DNA of 64,000 bases from Candidatus Daviesbacteria bacterium GW2011_GWA1_41_61 (GTDB taxonomy: Bacteria; Patescibacteriota; Microgenomatia; Daviesbacterales; UBA10151): the NCBI GenBank assembly GCA_000997385.1, contig LCBT01000003.1, positions 64,892 through 128,891 of the forward strand. Direction: 5' to 3'. Of this stretch, positions 18,707 to 28,582 are shown piece after piece. The position numbers and the translations under genes are program-made. The notes beneath the pieces were generated by a model, which saw only the letters and a list, made by a program, of their open reading frames with translations, searched no databases and was not told where the DNA came from. Each line of letters begins with the position of its first letter. The stretch's first letter is position 1.

Positions 18707-19867
18707 ATGAATCAACTGTTTGGATCTTACCGTCTCAGAATAGAAAAAAACAAAATTATTCATATCAGAAGGCGTTTGATTAATGCCAAGGGTCAAATTA
18801 AGGTGTCAGTAGGGCAGGAAGTTTGTCCTCAGGATGTGGTAGCAGAGGGACATACTTCTTCCGGTTTTAGGACTATTCATCTAGCTGCAGAACTGAAAGT
18901 CAGCCGCAAAAAAGCAGATGGGTATTTGATGCGTCAAATAGGCCAGAATATTTACCAGGGTGAGCTTTTAGCCATGAAAAAGGATTTTTTAGGTTTGAGT
19001 AAACAACTGATACTTTCACCGGTAGATGGGGTAATTGAGACTTATGACCACCAAAACGGCAACTTAAAGATTCAGTTAACCCCCAAAACTATCCGTCTAG
19101 TAAGTGGTGTTTATGGGATAGTTGATGCTATTGACGAGGTTACAGGGACAGTTTTAATCCGAACTATGGCCAATATGGTATATGGAGTTTTAGGTTCAGG
19201 GAAAGAGAGGGAGGGACTGTTAAAAATCCTCGGTCCATCTGATATGTTAACAAGTTCTAAACAAATTCCTTCCCAAGCTCAAGGCAGGATAGTGGTGGCC
19301 GGAGGACTGGTTTTTATGGCAGCTTTGGAGAAGGCTTTGGATGTCCGTTTAAACGGTATTATTAGCGGTGGTATTAACGCTTCCGACTACCGGTCCATGG
19401 CCGGGGGACAATGGAATATCTGGCATAAACATTGGTCTGATGTAGGATTATCTTTAATGGTGACTGAAGGCTTTGGAGCAGCTCCTATCGGCGAGGATAT
19501 TTTTTCTTTACTTCAAAATTACAACGAAAGTTTTGTGATGTTAGACGGCAACAGGTCAAGATTAATCTTGCCAATAAATGAACAAAACAGTATGATATAT
19601 ATTCGTAAAACGGGATTACCGACTAAGCTTCAAGCGGACCCTTCTCCTGAAGTTGGGCTGTGGCCTATCAGGGAGGGAGTCAGAGTCAGAATTGTCAGCA
19701 CTCCTTTTTTAGGGTTGCAAGGCAAGGTGGAGGCAATTGATCAAACTTTAACGAAACTTCCATCAGGGCTTGAGACTTATCTGGTAACAGTGGGAAGCGG
19801 ATCCCGGAAAATCAGGGTACCTTATTCTAATTTAGAAGTGATGGCTTTATGTGATGAAAGAAATTAA
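18707..19867 (+). CDS. Hypothetical protein (about 386 aa)
   Basis: Long ORF. Start placed at the ATG (MNQLFG) immediately after the previous stop. No motifs recognised. Confidence 0.45.
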   Translation: MNQLFGSYRLRIEKNKIIHIRRRLINAKGQIKVSVGQEVCPQDVVAEGHTSSGFRTIHLAAELKVSRKKADGYLMRQIGQNIYQGELLAMKKDFLGLSKQLILSPVDGVIETYDHQNGNLKIQLTPKTIRLVSGVYGIVDAIDEVTGTVLIRTMANMVYGVLGSGKEREGLLKILGPSDMLTSSKQIPSQAQGRIVVAGGLVFMAALEKALDVRLNGIISGGINASDYRSMAGGQWNIWHKHWSDVGLSLMVTEGFGAAPIGEDIFSLLQNYNESFVMLDGNRSRLILPINEQNSMIYIRKTGLPTKLQADPSPEVGLWPIREGVRVRIVSTPFLGLQGKVEAIDQTLTKLPSGLETYLVTVGSGSRKIRVPYSNLEVMALCDERN

Positions 19868-21140
19868 CCAACCAAGTGATAATCAAGCCTCATCAGGATG
19901 GAGAGGGGTTTTAAGTAAGCTCAATGCGGGCAGTTTAATAATTGTCCTGTTGGCTTTTGTTTTAGGTTGGCAACTGGGCCACCGCGATTATACCCTCTCT
20001 TTCCAAAGCTATAAACCAAAAATTACCGTCTTAAATGAGCAACCTCCGGCTCAAAATGTTAATCTTGATTTTAAGCTTTTCTGGCAGACCTGGGATTTAG
20101 TTTCCCAAAAATATATCGATAAAAAAGCTATTGACCCTCAAAAGCTTTACTATGGAGCTATCCAAGGGATGGTATCAGCAGTGGGTGATCCTTATACTGT
20201 TTTTTTACCCCCTCAGGCTCAAAAAACAGCTAAAGAACAGCTGGGAGGTTCTTTTGAAGGTGTGGGTATTCAGCTGGGCTATAACAAAGATAAAAGACTG
20301 GTGGTCATTGCTCCTTTAAAAGATACCCCGGCGGATAGGGCTGGAGTGAAGGCCGGGGATTTAATCTTGCAAGTTGATGGTAAAGATACCACCACTTTGT
20401 CTCTCCCTGAAGCAGTAGGGCTAATTAGAGGGCTTAAAGGGAGCACCGTTTCCTTAGAACTTTTGGGGGAAAAGGAACAAAAGTCCAAAGAGGTTAAATT
20501 AATCCGGGATACTATTATTGTCAAAACAGTTGAGTTTGAGGCCAAAAATACCAAAAATGGTCAGAAGGTAGGGTATTTACGGCTTTCCGGGTTTGGGGAA
20601 AAGACTAAAAGTGAATGGGATGAGGCTGTTTCCGGCCTTTTAGCTGCTTCAGTATCGGGGGTGATTGTTGATGTCCGTAACAACCCGGGAGGGTTTTTAG
20701 AGGCAGCTGTTTATATATCTTCAGAGTTTTTAGATGGAGGTAAGGTGGTTTTACAGGAGGATGCTAAAGGAGTAAGGCAGGAGCAGGGGGTGATCCGTTC
20801 CGGGAAAATTTTAAGATTACCGCTGGTGGTTTTAATCAATAAAGGTTCAGCTTCGGCTTCGGAGATTTTGGCTGGGGCGATCCAAGACCGGGGACGGGGG
20901 ACTTTGGTAGGAGAGCAATCTTTTGGTAAAGGAACTATTCAAACTGCTGAGGATTTGCCGCAAGAAACAGGTATTCATATCACCACAGCCAAGTGGCTGA
21001 CTCCGGGCGGTCGGTGGATTCATGACACCGGGCTAACCCCGGATACAGCAGTCAAGATGGAAGATGAGGAAGATGCTGCCACTGAGCAAAAAGACCCCCA
21101 ACTGGAAGCAGCCCTGGAAATTTTGGACCGAAAGATTTAA
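19851..21140 (+). CDS. ctpA: Carboxy-terminal processing protease (S41) with PDZ domain
   Basis: PDZ motif (GVGIQL...VIAPLKDTPADRAGVKAGDLILQVDG) and S41 catalytic region (NPGGFLEAA, SASASEILAGA, GKGT). Confidence 0.85.
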   Translation: MMKEINQPSDNQASSGWRGVLSKLNAGSLIIVLLAFVLGWQLGHRDYTLSFQSYKPKITVLNEQPPAQNVNLDFKLFWQTWDLVSQKYIDKKAIDPQKLYYGAIQGMVSAVGDPYTVFLPPQAQKTAKEQLGGSFEGVGIQLGYNKDKRLVVIAPLKDTPADRAGVKAGDLILQVDGKDTTTLSLPEAVGLIRGLKGSTVSLELLGEKEQKSKEVKLIRDTIIVKTVEFEAKNTKNGQKVGYLRLSGFGEKTKSEWDEAVSGLLAASVSGVIVDVRNNPGGFLEAAVYISSEFLDGGKVVLQEDAKGVRQEQGVIRSGKILRLPLVVLINKGSASASEILAGAIQDRGRGTLVGEQSFGKGTIQTAEDLPQETGIHITTAKWLTPGGRWIHDTGLTPDTAVKMEDEEDAATEQKDPQLEAALEILDRKI

Positions 21141-21153
21141 AATTAATCACACC

Positions 21154-22287
21154 ATGGAATCTAAAACTGCCAAACCATTTTCACTCTTTACCATTTTAGT
21201 GTTAGCAATAGTGTTAGGGTCTTTAGCCGGGGCAGCTATTTTCCAGGCTGCTTCCCAGGGATATCTGCCTTTTAAGACTAATTTACCTAAAATTTCCACA
21301 CCCTTAGAACAAAAAACCCAAACTATTTTGAATGAAGAAAATGCAGTCATTGATGTGGTGGATAAAACCTCCTCTTCAGTGGTGGCCATCGGGGCAACCA
21401 GAAAGGTTTTTAACCCCTTTGATCCTTTCTCGGTTCCCAGAAACCAAAGCAGCACCATTGGTACTGGTTTTGTGGTTTCTGACAAAGGGATTATCGTGAC
21501 TAACAAACATGTAGTTTCTGATTCTGATACCCGTTATACGGTTGTAACCCGCGATGGGAAAAGGTTTGATGTGCAAAAAATTTACCGGGATCCAATACTC
21601 GATCTGGCTTTGGTCCAAATAGACGGATCTGATTTTAAAGCTTTAGAGCTGGGGGATTCCTCCCAGTTGAAAGTAGGGCAAACAGTCATTGCTATTGGTA
21701 ATGCTTTGGGCAAGTTTACCAACACTGTAACTACCGGAGTAGTTTCCGGGTTAGGCAGAAGGGTGGTGGCAGGGGATCCTTTCTCAGGGTCAGCGGAAAG
21801 CTTGGATGATTTAGTACAAACAGATGCTGCCATCAACCCGGGAAATTCCGGAGGGCCGCTTTTAAATTCCGCCGGTCAGGTGATTGGCTTAAATGTGGCT
21901 ACTACCGAGGGAGCTCAAAACATTGGTTTTGCGATTCCTATAAACTCTGTTAAAAAGATTGTTGATGAGTTTGTGCAAAAAGGAACAGTTTCCAGGCCGT
22001 TTTTGGGGATTAGGTACAGGTTTATCTCTAAAGATTTAGCTATTTTAAATGAACTGCCTCAGGGAGCCTATATTCAAGAGGTAGTAGAAAACTCCTCAGC
22101 TTCCAAGGCTGGTGTACAAACTGGTGATATTATTACCAAAGTTGATGGGCAGGCAGTAGATTCAGAAACTAAAATTTCCGAAGTTATTGCCGGTAAGAAA
22201 ACCGGAGATAGGGTCGAGATGGTTATCTGGAATGATGGTAAGGAAAAAACAGTTACTGCTACTCTCCAAGAAAGCCCTAATCAGTAA
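21154..22287 (+). CDS. htrA: HtrA/DegP-family trypsin-like serine protease with PDZ domain
   Basis: Catalytic motifs TNKHVV, DLALV, GNSGGPLLN. C-terminal PDZ domain. N-terminal TM anchor. Confidence 0.85.
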   Translation: MESKTAKPFSLFTILVLAIVLGSLAGAAIFQAASQGYLPFKTNLPKISTPLEQKTQTILNEENAVIDVVDKTSSSVVAIGATRKVFNPFDPFSVPRNQSSTIGTGFVVSDKGIIVTNKHVVSDSDTRYTVVTRDGKRFDVQKIYRDPILDLALVQIDGSDFKALELGDSSQLKVGQTVIAIGNALGKFTNTVTTGVVSGLGRRVVAGDPFSGSAESLDDLVQTDAAINPGNSGGPLLNSAGQVIGLNVATTEGAQNIGFAIPINSVKKIVDEFVQKGTVSRPFLGIRYRFISKDLAILNELPQGAYIQEVVENSSASKAGVQTGDIITKVDGQAVDSETKISEVIAGKKTGDRVEMVIWNDGKEKTVTATLQESPNQ

Positions 22288-22306
22288 AAAGAAAAACACC
22301 CAACTA

Positions 22307-22987
22307 TTATTGATATTTAATAGTTAGTACCCTTTGAAGGTGAGTTAGATCTTTTTTAACCTCTACTGAGGCTTTGGGGAAGTATTTAGAAGCTTCCAGA
22401 TAAGCTAAATCTCCATGGGTATAATCTATTTCTCCTAAAATCAGCTTTGGTTTCCAGCCCTTGTCCCCAATTTGCTGAAATAGCTTTCTGTAAAGCTTGA
22501 AACCATCGTCTCCTCCATCTAAAGCTGCTAGAGGTTCATAGTCTTTGACAGAAGAGTCTAAATAAGGAATTCTGGCAGAAGGGATATAAGGTAAGTTAGT
22601 GACAATAATATCTGGATAAAATGTACAACCCCCGAGCTTGGACAAAAGATTGCTCTGGAGGAAAGTAATTTTATCTTCTACTCCATGAAGCTTAGCGTTT
22701 TGCCGGGCTACTTTAATGGCTTTTGGGGAGATATCAGTAGCAATAATTTGTGCGTCCACTTGAAGGGTGGACAGGCCTTTAGTAATAGAGATGGCGATAT
22801 TGCCGGAGCCAGTACCAAGGTCAAGAATGCAGAGTTCAGAGTAATGAGTTATGAATGCTTCTACCCATCTTAAAACTTCGTCTACTAAAAGTTCTGTTTC
22901 CGGACGGGGGATTAAGACATCAGGGGTAACTTTGAACCGGAGTTTGTAAAATTCAACCCAACCTCTTTGGTACTGTCTTGGCTGCAT
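22307..22987 (-). CDS. prmC: Release-factor glutamine N5-methyltransferase PrmC/HemK, methyltransferase domain only
   Basis: VLIPRPETE, LGTGSGNIAIS, NLPY substrate motif. Start placed at the Met 14 nt after the prfA stop. The longer ORF only adds a basic non-protein-like extension antisense to prfA. Confidence 0.7.
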   Translation of the reverse strand: MQPRQYQRGWVEFYKLRFKVTPDVLIPRPETELLVDEVLRWVEAFITHYSELCILDLGTGSGNIAISITKGLSTLQVDAQIIATDISPKAIKVARQNAKLHGVEDKITFLQSNLLSKLGGCTFYPDIIVTNLPYIPSARIPYLDSSVKDYEPLAALDGGDDGFKLYRKLFQQIGDKGWKPKLILGEIDYTHGDLAYLEASKYFPKASVEVKKDLTHLQRVLTIKYQ

Positions 22988-23000
22988 ATGACAAAGATTT

Positions 23001-23888
23001 TTAAACTTCTTCCTTACCTGCTTCTTCCCGGATAACTTCCAGCACCGGCTCAAGGTTCCCTTCCATGATTTTTTCCAGGTTGTACCAGGATTTACCAATC
23101 CGATGATCAGTGATCCTGTTTTGGGGAAAATTATAAGTCCTGATTTTTTCACTTCTGCCCCCTTCTCCTACAGAAAGTTTCCTTTGCTTTGATATGGAAT
23201 TGAGTCTTTCTTCTTCTTGTTTCTCCCACAGTTTAGCTCGAAGTAGGGCCATGGCATTTTCCCTGTTTTGTAGCTGGGATCTTTCCGTTTGACAGGTAAT
23301 AACAATACCAGAAGGTAAATGTTTTAATCTGACAGCGGTATTTACTTTATTAACATTTTTAATATAAACTTCTGCCTCAGGCACTTGGGGTAAAACTGCC
23401 ACAGTAGCTGTGGAGGTATGGATTCTGCCTGAGGCTTCGGTCTCCGGCACTCTTTGCACCCGGTGGACACCTGATTCATACTGCAGAGATTGATAGGCTC
23501 CCTGACCGGCTATTTTAATAACTACCTCCTTGATCTGGCCAATCTTGCCTTCAGACCGGTCTAACTCCTCAATTTTCCAGCCTTGGTTTTGGGAAAATCT
23601 GCTGTACATTCTGGTTAAGTCTCCGGCAAAAAGCCCTGCCTCATCACCTCCGGCAGCTGACCTGATTTCTAAGATAGCTATGTTAGGATTGACCCCCTCA
23701 CCTGATTCCTCTTCTCCCTCTTGGGACATAGGAGTAGCGGCAGAAGATTCAAGCTCCTCCTTCTGTCTTTTTAGATCTTCAATTTCCAAGCGTGCTAAAG
23801 CAGCTAGCTCTGGGTCGGAAAGCAGCTTTTGTGTGTCTTTGATTTTTTGATCTATTTGTTCTAGTTGTTGTTGAATATAATCGTCCAT
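23001..23888 (-). CDS. prfA: Peptide chain release factor 1 homologue lacking the GGQ motif (295 aa)
   Basis: RF1-type PxT tripeptide ([17 protein letters not shown]), [24 protein letters not shown]-terminal [21 protein letters not shown]. The segment expected to hold ..[13 protein letters not shown].. reads [16 protein letters not shown]. Confidence 0.8.
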   Translation of the reverse strand: MDDYIQQQLEQIDQKIKDTQKLLSDPELAALARLEIEDLKRQKEELESSAATPMSQEGEEESGEGVNPNIAILEIRSAAGGDEAGLFAGDLTRMYSRFSQNQGWKIEELDRSEGKIGQIKEVVIKIAGQGAYQSLQYESGVHRVQRVPETEASGRIHTSTATVAVLPQVPEAEVYIKNVNKVNTAVRLKHLPSGIVITCQTERSQLQNRENAMALLRAKLWEKQEEERLNSISKQRKLSVGEGGRSEKIRTYNFPQNRITDHRIGKSWYNLEKIMEGNLEPVLEVIREEAGKEEV

Positions 23889-23935
23889 AGGATAATTATA
23901 CTGCTGTCACTGGGAACTTGTCTCAGAATCTTAGA

Positions 23936-23952
23936 TCCCGAAACGATTTCGG
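23936..23952 (-). terminator. Hairpin between rpmE and prfA (weak terminator/attenuator candidate)
   Basis: CCCGAAA-CGA-TTTCGGG stem-loop 19 nt after the rpmE stop. The downstream U-tract is poor. Confidence 0.25.
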
Positions 23953-23970
23953 GTGACAAGTAGAAGGCAG

Positions 23971-24297
23971 CTAAGACGCAACGTTTTTTCTGGCTTGGAG
24001 GAGTAAGTCTTTGAGGCTTTTCTTCTCAGTAGTTTGCTTTTGGACTTTAGAAGCCCTGACCGCGGTAATTTTAGCTCTTTCCGCCTTTTTAACTTCAGCT
24101 AAAGCCCCTCTTTTACCGAATTTTTCTACCTGCCCTTGGGTATCAATATACTTCTGTTGGCCGGTAAAGAAAGGGTGGCACTTGGCACAAATTTCCACTT
24201 TAATTGCCTGCAGTGTAGAGCCGGTAACAAAGGTGTTGCCGCAAACGCAGGTAACTTTAGCATCATTATAATAAGTTGGATGAATACTAGCTTTCAT
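23971..24297 (-). CDS. rpmE: 50S ribosomal protein L31 (with C-terminal Lys/Ala-rich extension)
   Basis: L31 motifs IHP.Y, CxC..CxxCHPFFTG. Confidence 0.85.
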   Translation of the reverse strand: MKASIHPTYYNDAKVTCVCGNTFVTGSTLQAIKVEICAKCHPFFTGQQKYIDTQGQVEKFGKRGALAEVKKAERAKITAVRASKVQKQTTEKKSLKDLLLQARKNVAS

Positions 24298-24364
24298 GAC
24301 TGGAGTAGTATAGCAAAATAAGCGACTAGAGTCCAGACTCAGAGTCTATGTCACTAGACTCTAA

Positions 24365-25351
24365 TTATACTCTGTGGGCTTTGTGGTGTTTATGCTGCTC
24401 TTTGGCTAAAGTGCTCCAGTAAACTCCCAGTCCTATTAATAAGGCTCCTATGACAAAAGTAAACCTGATCTGTTCCCCTAAGAGTAGTATTCCTAAAGTG
24501 ACAGCAATAACAGGCTCTATATATTGAAAAAGATCGGCTTTGACTACCCCCAGCTTCCCTAAACCCCATTCAAATAAAAAATAAGCTGAGGTAGAAGACA
24601 AAACAGCAATATAAATAATACCAAAGATTCCCAGGAAAGTCATTTTTAAGGGCCAGCTGGGGTTTTGGAAGTACTCTACAGCAGCAGGAAGGGCAAAGGT
24701 GATCATTCCTACCAAAAAGACAATGGCAGTAATAGTTAAGGTAGAGTATTTTGTAAGCATCTTTTTAGACAGGATAGCTCCAGCCACCCAGGATATAGAA
24801 GCTAGAATGATTAACAGGTTGCCTAAAATAGCCTCTGAAAATAGGGAAGTCCCCAAAATATAGACAGGCAAGCCGATAACCAAAGCTGCTCCCAGCAAAC
24901 CCAGTAAGATGCCAAAAAGGTTAAAGGTATAGATCTTCTCTTTAAAAATCCACCAGGCAGTTAAAACGGAAACTACCGGAATAGTCATGGTCAGTACTGA
25001 GGCGGTGGTGGCGGTAGTTCTGGCTATTCCCAGATAAAAAAGGGCAATGTTTAAAGTAGACATTAAAGCTCCAATAGCAATCAGTTGAGGCAGGTCTTTT
25101 TTGCTGATCTTTAATTTATCCCTTTCTATTAATAAAAAAGGCAGTAGAAGCAGAGTAGCCAGGGTAAAACGGACAAAAGCCAAAGACATGGGGGGAACTT
25201 CTTGTAAGGTAACTTTGGCTACTACAAAGTTAATCCCCCAAATAGTATGAGCTGCCAAAACAGCTGCATAAGGCCAGGCAACAGTTACTAAATTTCTACT
25301 GCCAAGGTTAAAGTTTAACAATTTTTGAATTTTTAATACTGCTGTAGTCAT
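24365..25351 (-). CDS. EamA/DMT-family transporter
   Basis: Ten predicted TM helices and duplicated EamA-like halves. 4-bp overlap with hisS. Confidence 0.7.
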   Translation of the reverse strand: MTTAVLKIQKLLNFNLGSRNLVTVAWPYAAVLAAHTIWGINFVVAKVTLQEVPPMSLAFVRFTLATLLLLPFLLIERDKLKISKKDLPQLIAIGALMSTLNIALFYLGIARTTATTASVLTMTIPVVSVLTAWWIFKEKIYTFNLFGILLGLLGAALVIGLPVYILGTSLFSEAILGNLLIILASISWVAGAILSKKMLTKYSTLTITAIVFLVGMITFALPAAVEYFQNPSWPLKMTFLGIFGIIYIAVLSSTSAYFLFEWGLGKLGVVKADLFQYIEPVIAVTLGILLLGEQIRFTFVIGALLIGLGVYWSTLAKEQHKHHKAHRV

Positions 25352-26556
25352 CTTGAGTTAGAGAGTTTATCAACAACTTCAGGAAAGGAAAGCAAGACCT
25401 GAGACTTCAAAGTTAAATCTTTCAAAGCTATTTTTCCTGAAGTTGCTTCGTCGGGGCCAATAATGACAACATAAGGGATGCTTTTTTGATCAGCATATTT
25501 TAACTGTTTGTCCAGTTTGGAATCAGCATCTAACCAGAGTTCAGTATTAATATTGTTGGCCCGTAGTTTTTCAGCTACTTTTAAAGAATTAGCAAGATAA
25601 GTAGGGGAAAAAATTGTCACCAGGACTGAAGCTGAGGAGGAAGTTTCAAGCAAAATCCCTTGCTCCTTCAATACCTCTACAGTTCTGTCAAAACCTAAAC
25701 CAAAACCTACTGCCGGTAAGTTTTGTCCGGTAAAATTACCAATAAGGTTGTCCCATCTTCCTCCACTGCAAATTGACCCTGTACTGCCCTCCGCTACAGT
25801 CTCAAAGATCATGCCGGTATAGTAATCTAACCCTCTGGCCAGTGTTGGTTCATATTTGATCTTTTCCATATCTGTTCCCATTTGTTTTAAATGATCTAGG
25901 ATTTGTTGAAGGTTGGCGGTAAGGGGTTTGTTTTGCAGCGTCTTTAAAGCTTCCTGGGCCTCTTTTTCAACCATACCTTTTTGTACCATCTCTGAAAGGA
26001 CACCGCTTTCACCAATTTTTTCTAATTTATCAATAGCTGCCACATATTTTTTCTCTAAGCCCTCAAAGTTTATCCGGTCATTTATTTTAATGGTGATATT
26101 TAATCCTAGATTTTGGTAAATGTTTAGAACCAGGTTTATTATCTCTGCATCAGCCAAAGGAGATGAGGCACCAACAATATCCGCATCACATTGTAAAAAT
26201 TCCCGGTAACGTCCTTTTTGAGGGCTTTCTCCTCTCCAAACCGGCTGAGTCTGGTATCTTTTAAAAGGCTTTGCTAAGTTATGGTAAGAGGCCAAAACCC
26301 GGGCTAATGGTACAGTTTGATCATATCTTAAGGCCACTTCATCTCCGCCTCTAGTTTTAAACTCATAAATTAACTTTTCTTCTTCCCCGTATTTACCTTT
26401 TAAAACTGAAGCGTATTCTAAAGCCGGCGTTTCTAAGGGTTCAAAGCCGAAAAGACGGAACGTGGAGACTATTTTTTCCAAAACGTATCTTCGGGTATTG
26501 GCTTGCTCCGGCAAAAAATCCCGAAATCCTTTAACCGCTTGTAAAGGTTGTCCCAT
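25348..26556 (-). CDS. hisS: Histidine--tRNA ligase
   Basis: Class II motifs: motif 1 region KGFRDFLPE, HisA motif RGESPQKGRYREFLQCD, motif 3 GGRWDNL. C-terminal anticodon-binding domain. Confidence 0.9.
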   Translation of the reverse strand: MGQPLQAVKGFRDFLPEQANTRRYVLEKIVSTFRLFGFEPLETPALEYASVLKGKYGEEEKLIYEFKTRGGDEVALRYDQTVPLARVLASYHNLAKPFKRYQTQPVWRGESPQKGRYREFLQCDADIVGASSPLADAEIINLVLNIYQNLGLNITIKINDRINFEGLEKKYVAAIDKLEKIGESGVLSEMVQKGMVEKEAQEALKTLQNKPLTANLQQILDHLKQMGTDMEKIKYEPTLARGLDYYTGMIFETVAEGSTGSICSGGRWDNLIGNFTGQNLPAVGFGLGFDRTVEVLKEQGILLETSSSASVLVTIFSPTYLANSLKVAEKLRANNINTELWLDADSKLDKQLKYADQKSIPYVVIIGPDEATSGKIALKDLTLKSQVLLSFPEVVDKLSNSR

Positions 26557-26646
26557 ACAACAAATATTATCTCACAAAAAATACCATTGAGGTAGTGCAG
26601 CCGGGTGTACACACTGTCCACCTGAAAGGTGGACGCATAAAGTATT

Positions 26647-27369
26647 TTAAGAGGATGTTGGATTTTGGCTAGGGGTAGGGGTAATGGTAGCGGGATCAGG
26701 GAAAAGGTAAATAAATCTGGCTTTAAATATTCCACCGAGACCTTTTATAAGGACGGCGGTAATTTTTTGTCCTGCTTTAAGATCCTTGGATGTGCCATTT
26801 TTGCCTGATATTTTGATTTTAGTTTTACTGTCAAAACTAAAGGTAATTTGTTGATCCTTTTTATCTTTAATAGCCAGGGTTTTTTTATCAGCCGAGATTA
26901 TTTGACCAAAAACAACTTGTCTATCATTAACCTTTAAAGCCTGGGTTTTAATGATCCTTTTGGCCAGTAAGGTTTCTTTATCATCAACATCTCCTAAAAC
27001 TACGACAAAATCACCTACAGCTAAATTTTTAAAGGTAAGTTTTCCCCCCCCTAAATAATCAGTGTAATCTTTAATCTCGATCTTTTTATCTCCCTTTTTG
27101 GTATTTAGAACAAAGGTATTATCCCCTTTAGAGCTGATGCTCCCCAGATAAACTTTATTTTGTAACTTTTTACCCATCTCAACTTTTAATTGATTAGCTT
27201 TGGAAGCAATCTCCTCCTGTAAAGCTTTTAGTTTGGCTTTAATATCAGCACTGACAGTGGAAGCAGGAGATGATTCCTGGGCTGAAACTTGAGAAGTTGA
27301 GGGTTGAAAGTGGAGAGTTGAAAGTAAAAAAATGATGACAAATATTTTCCAGTTGTAAATTATTTTCAT
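26647..27369 (-). CDS. Secreted hypothetical protein (signal peptide)
   Basis: N-terminal hydrophobic signal, Lys-rich beta-like repeats. Confidence 0.5.
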   Translation of the reverse strand: MKIIYNWKIFVIIFLLSTLHFQPSTSQVSAQESSPASTVSADIKAKLKALQEEIASKANQLKVEMGKKLQNKVYLGSISSKGDNTFVLNTKKGDKKIEIKDYTDYLGGGKLTFKNLAVGDFVVVLGDVDDKETLLAKRIIKTQALKVNDRQVVFGQIISADKKTLAIKDKKDQQITFSFDSKTKIKISGKNGTSKDLKAGQKITAVLIKGLGGIFKARFIYLFPDPATITPTPSQNPTSS

Positions 27370-27830
27370 AGTTTCTCCTTGGAATAGTACACCGTTCTTT
27401 CTTCCTGCTTGAGATCTCCATCTTTATTGATGGCAGTGACTGTAAACTGATTGACCCCTTCATCCATATAAACGGTAGTGGAGAACTCTCCGGAGGGAGA
27501 AGGCTCTAAAGCCAAATCGCTACTTTCAAAACTGATTAAGATCAAAGAACCCGGGGTGGTTTTGCCTTGCAGCAGTATGTTTTCATCAAAGACCAGCTGA
27601 TTATCATCCGGGCTGGAAAGGTTTAAGGTCATGCCTGAAGGCAGGGAGGTAATTGGCTTAAGAGGTAAGGATAAAAGAGTAAGAGGGGGAGGAGCAGCGG
27701 GGAAAGTTTTCTGAGACAGAAACTGTTTAAAGGTATTAAGATATCCTAGTCTCCAGGCTATGGTGGCTCCCATAATGAAAGCAACAATAGAGATAATGAT
27801 GACTGTCCAAATTAGAACTTTTTTCATCAA
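27366..27830 (-). CDS. Membrane-anchored hypothetical protein
   Basis: N-terminal TM helix. ATGA overlap with the downstream gene. Confidence 0.5.
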   Translation of the reverse strand: MMKKVLIWTVIIISIVAFIMGATIAWRLGYLNTFKQFLSQKTFPAAPPPLTLLSLPLKPITSLPSGMTLNLSSPDDNQLVFDENILLQGKTTPGSLILISFESSDLALEPSPSGEFSTTVYMDEGVNQFTVTAINKDGDLKQEERTVYYSKEKL

Positions 27831-27936
27831 ATTAGTTTATCAGAAGTTATACTATCATTTTTAAGAAAGAATTAGAAGTTGGTGATATATTTAGTCCATC
27901 TTGTTTGAAAGAGAAAAATTATGATAACATCTGGCC

Positions 27937-28578
27937 ATGGATATTTACTGGTATGGTCAATCCTGCTTTCGTATCAAGGGCAAAAGCACCACGGTTATTT
28001 TAGATCCTTTTGATCCTGAGTATACCGGTCTAAAGCTGCCTGTCAAAGAGATGGAAGCTCAAATAGTTTTATCGACCCATGATCACAAAGATCATAATAA
28101 TGTGGGAGTGGTCAGCGGGGATCCTTTAGTCATCACCGGTCCTGGTGAGTATGAGGTTAAGGGAGTAACTATTAATGGAGCCCAAGTTTATCATGATAAC
28201 TCCTCCGGCAGTGAGAGGGGAAGGAGCACAATCTACCACTTAGTGATTGATGGAGTAAATATTGTCCATGTTGGAGATTTGGGGCATATTTTAAATGAGG
28301 AGCAAATCAGCCAAATTGAGACTACAGATATTTTACTGGTGCCGGTAGGGGGGATTTATACTATTGACGGGGAAACGGCTGCCAAGGTGGTAGCTCAATT
28401 TGAGCCTAAGGTGGTTATCCCCATGCACTATAAAATCCCCGGGTTAAAGTTTGACCTTAAAGAGGTCGAACCATTTTTAAAGGAGATGGGAGCAGAAAAT
28501 GTTGAGCCGGTCAGTAAATTAACTATCACCCGCGATAAGCTGCCTGAAGAAACAACAGTAGTACTGCTTGGACTTTAA
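27937..28578 (+). CDS. MBL-fold metallo-hydrolase
   Basis: Zn-binding THDHKDHNN motif, HVGDLGH. Confidence 0.7.
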   Translation: MDIYWYGQSCFRIKGKSTTVILDPFDPEYTGLKLPVKEMEAQIVLSTHDHKDHNNVGVVSGDPLVITGPGEYEVKGVTINGAQVYHDNSSGSERGRSTIYHLVIDGVNIVHVGDLGHILNEEQISQIETTDILLVPVGGIYTIDGETAAKVVAQFEPKVVIPMHYKIPGLKFDLKEVEPFLKEMGAENVEPVSKLTITRDKLPEETTVVLLGL

Positions 28579-28582
28579 GATT

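Noticed and set aside
22988-23152. Longer prmC start (281 aa ORF beginning at 23152) overlapping prfA by 150 nt
   Set aside because: The added 55 residues are Lys/Trp-rich and non-protein-like. They are simply the shadow of the prfA C-terminus. The conserved HemK sequence begins at the Met at 22987.
23530-24321. Plus-strand ORFs 23530..23850, 24011..24271, 24136..24321 antisense to prfA and rpmE
   Set aside because: They are shadow ORFs of the minus-strand genes. Their composition is biased (Ser/Pro-rich).
26557-26646. Possible T-box leader upstream of hisS (hairpin GTCCACC-TTTCA-GGTGGAC and a GGTGGAC element loosely resembling the T-box sequence)
   Set aside because: The leader is only about 90 nt. 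There is no specifier-loop/antiterminator architecture, and the match to the AGGGUGGNACCGCG consensus is poor. It is more likely an ordinary inter-gene hairpin.
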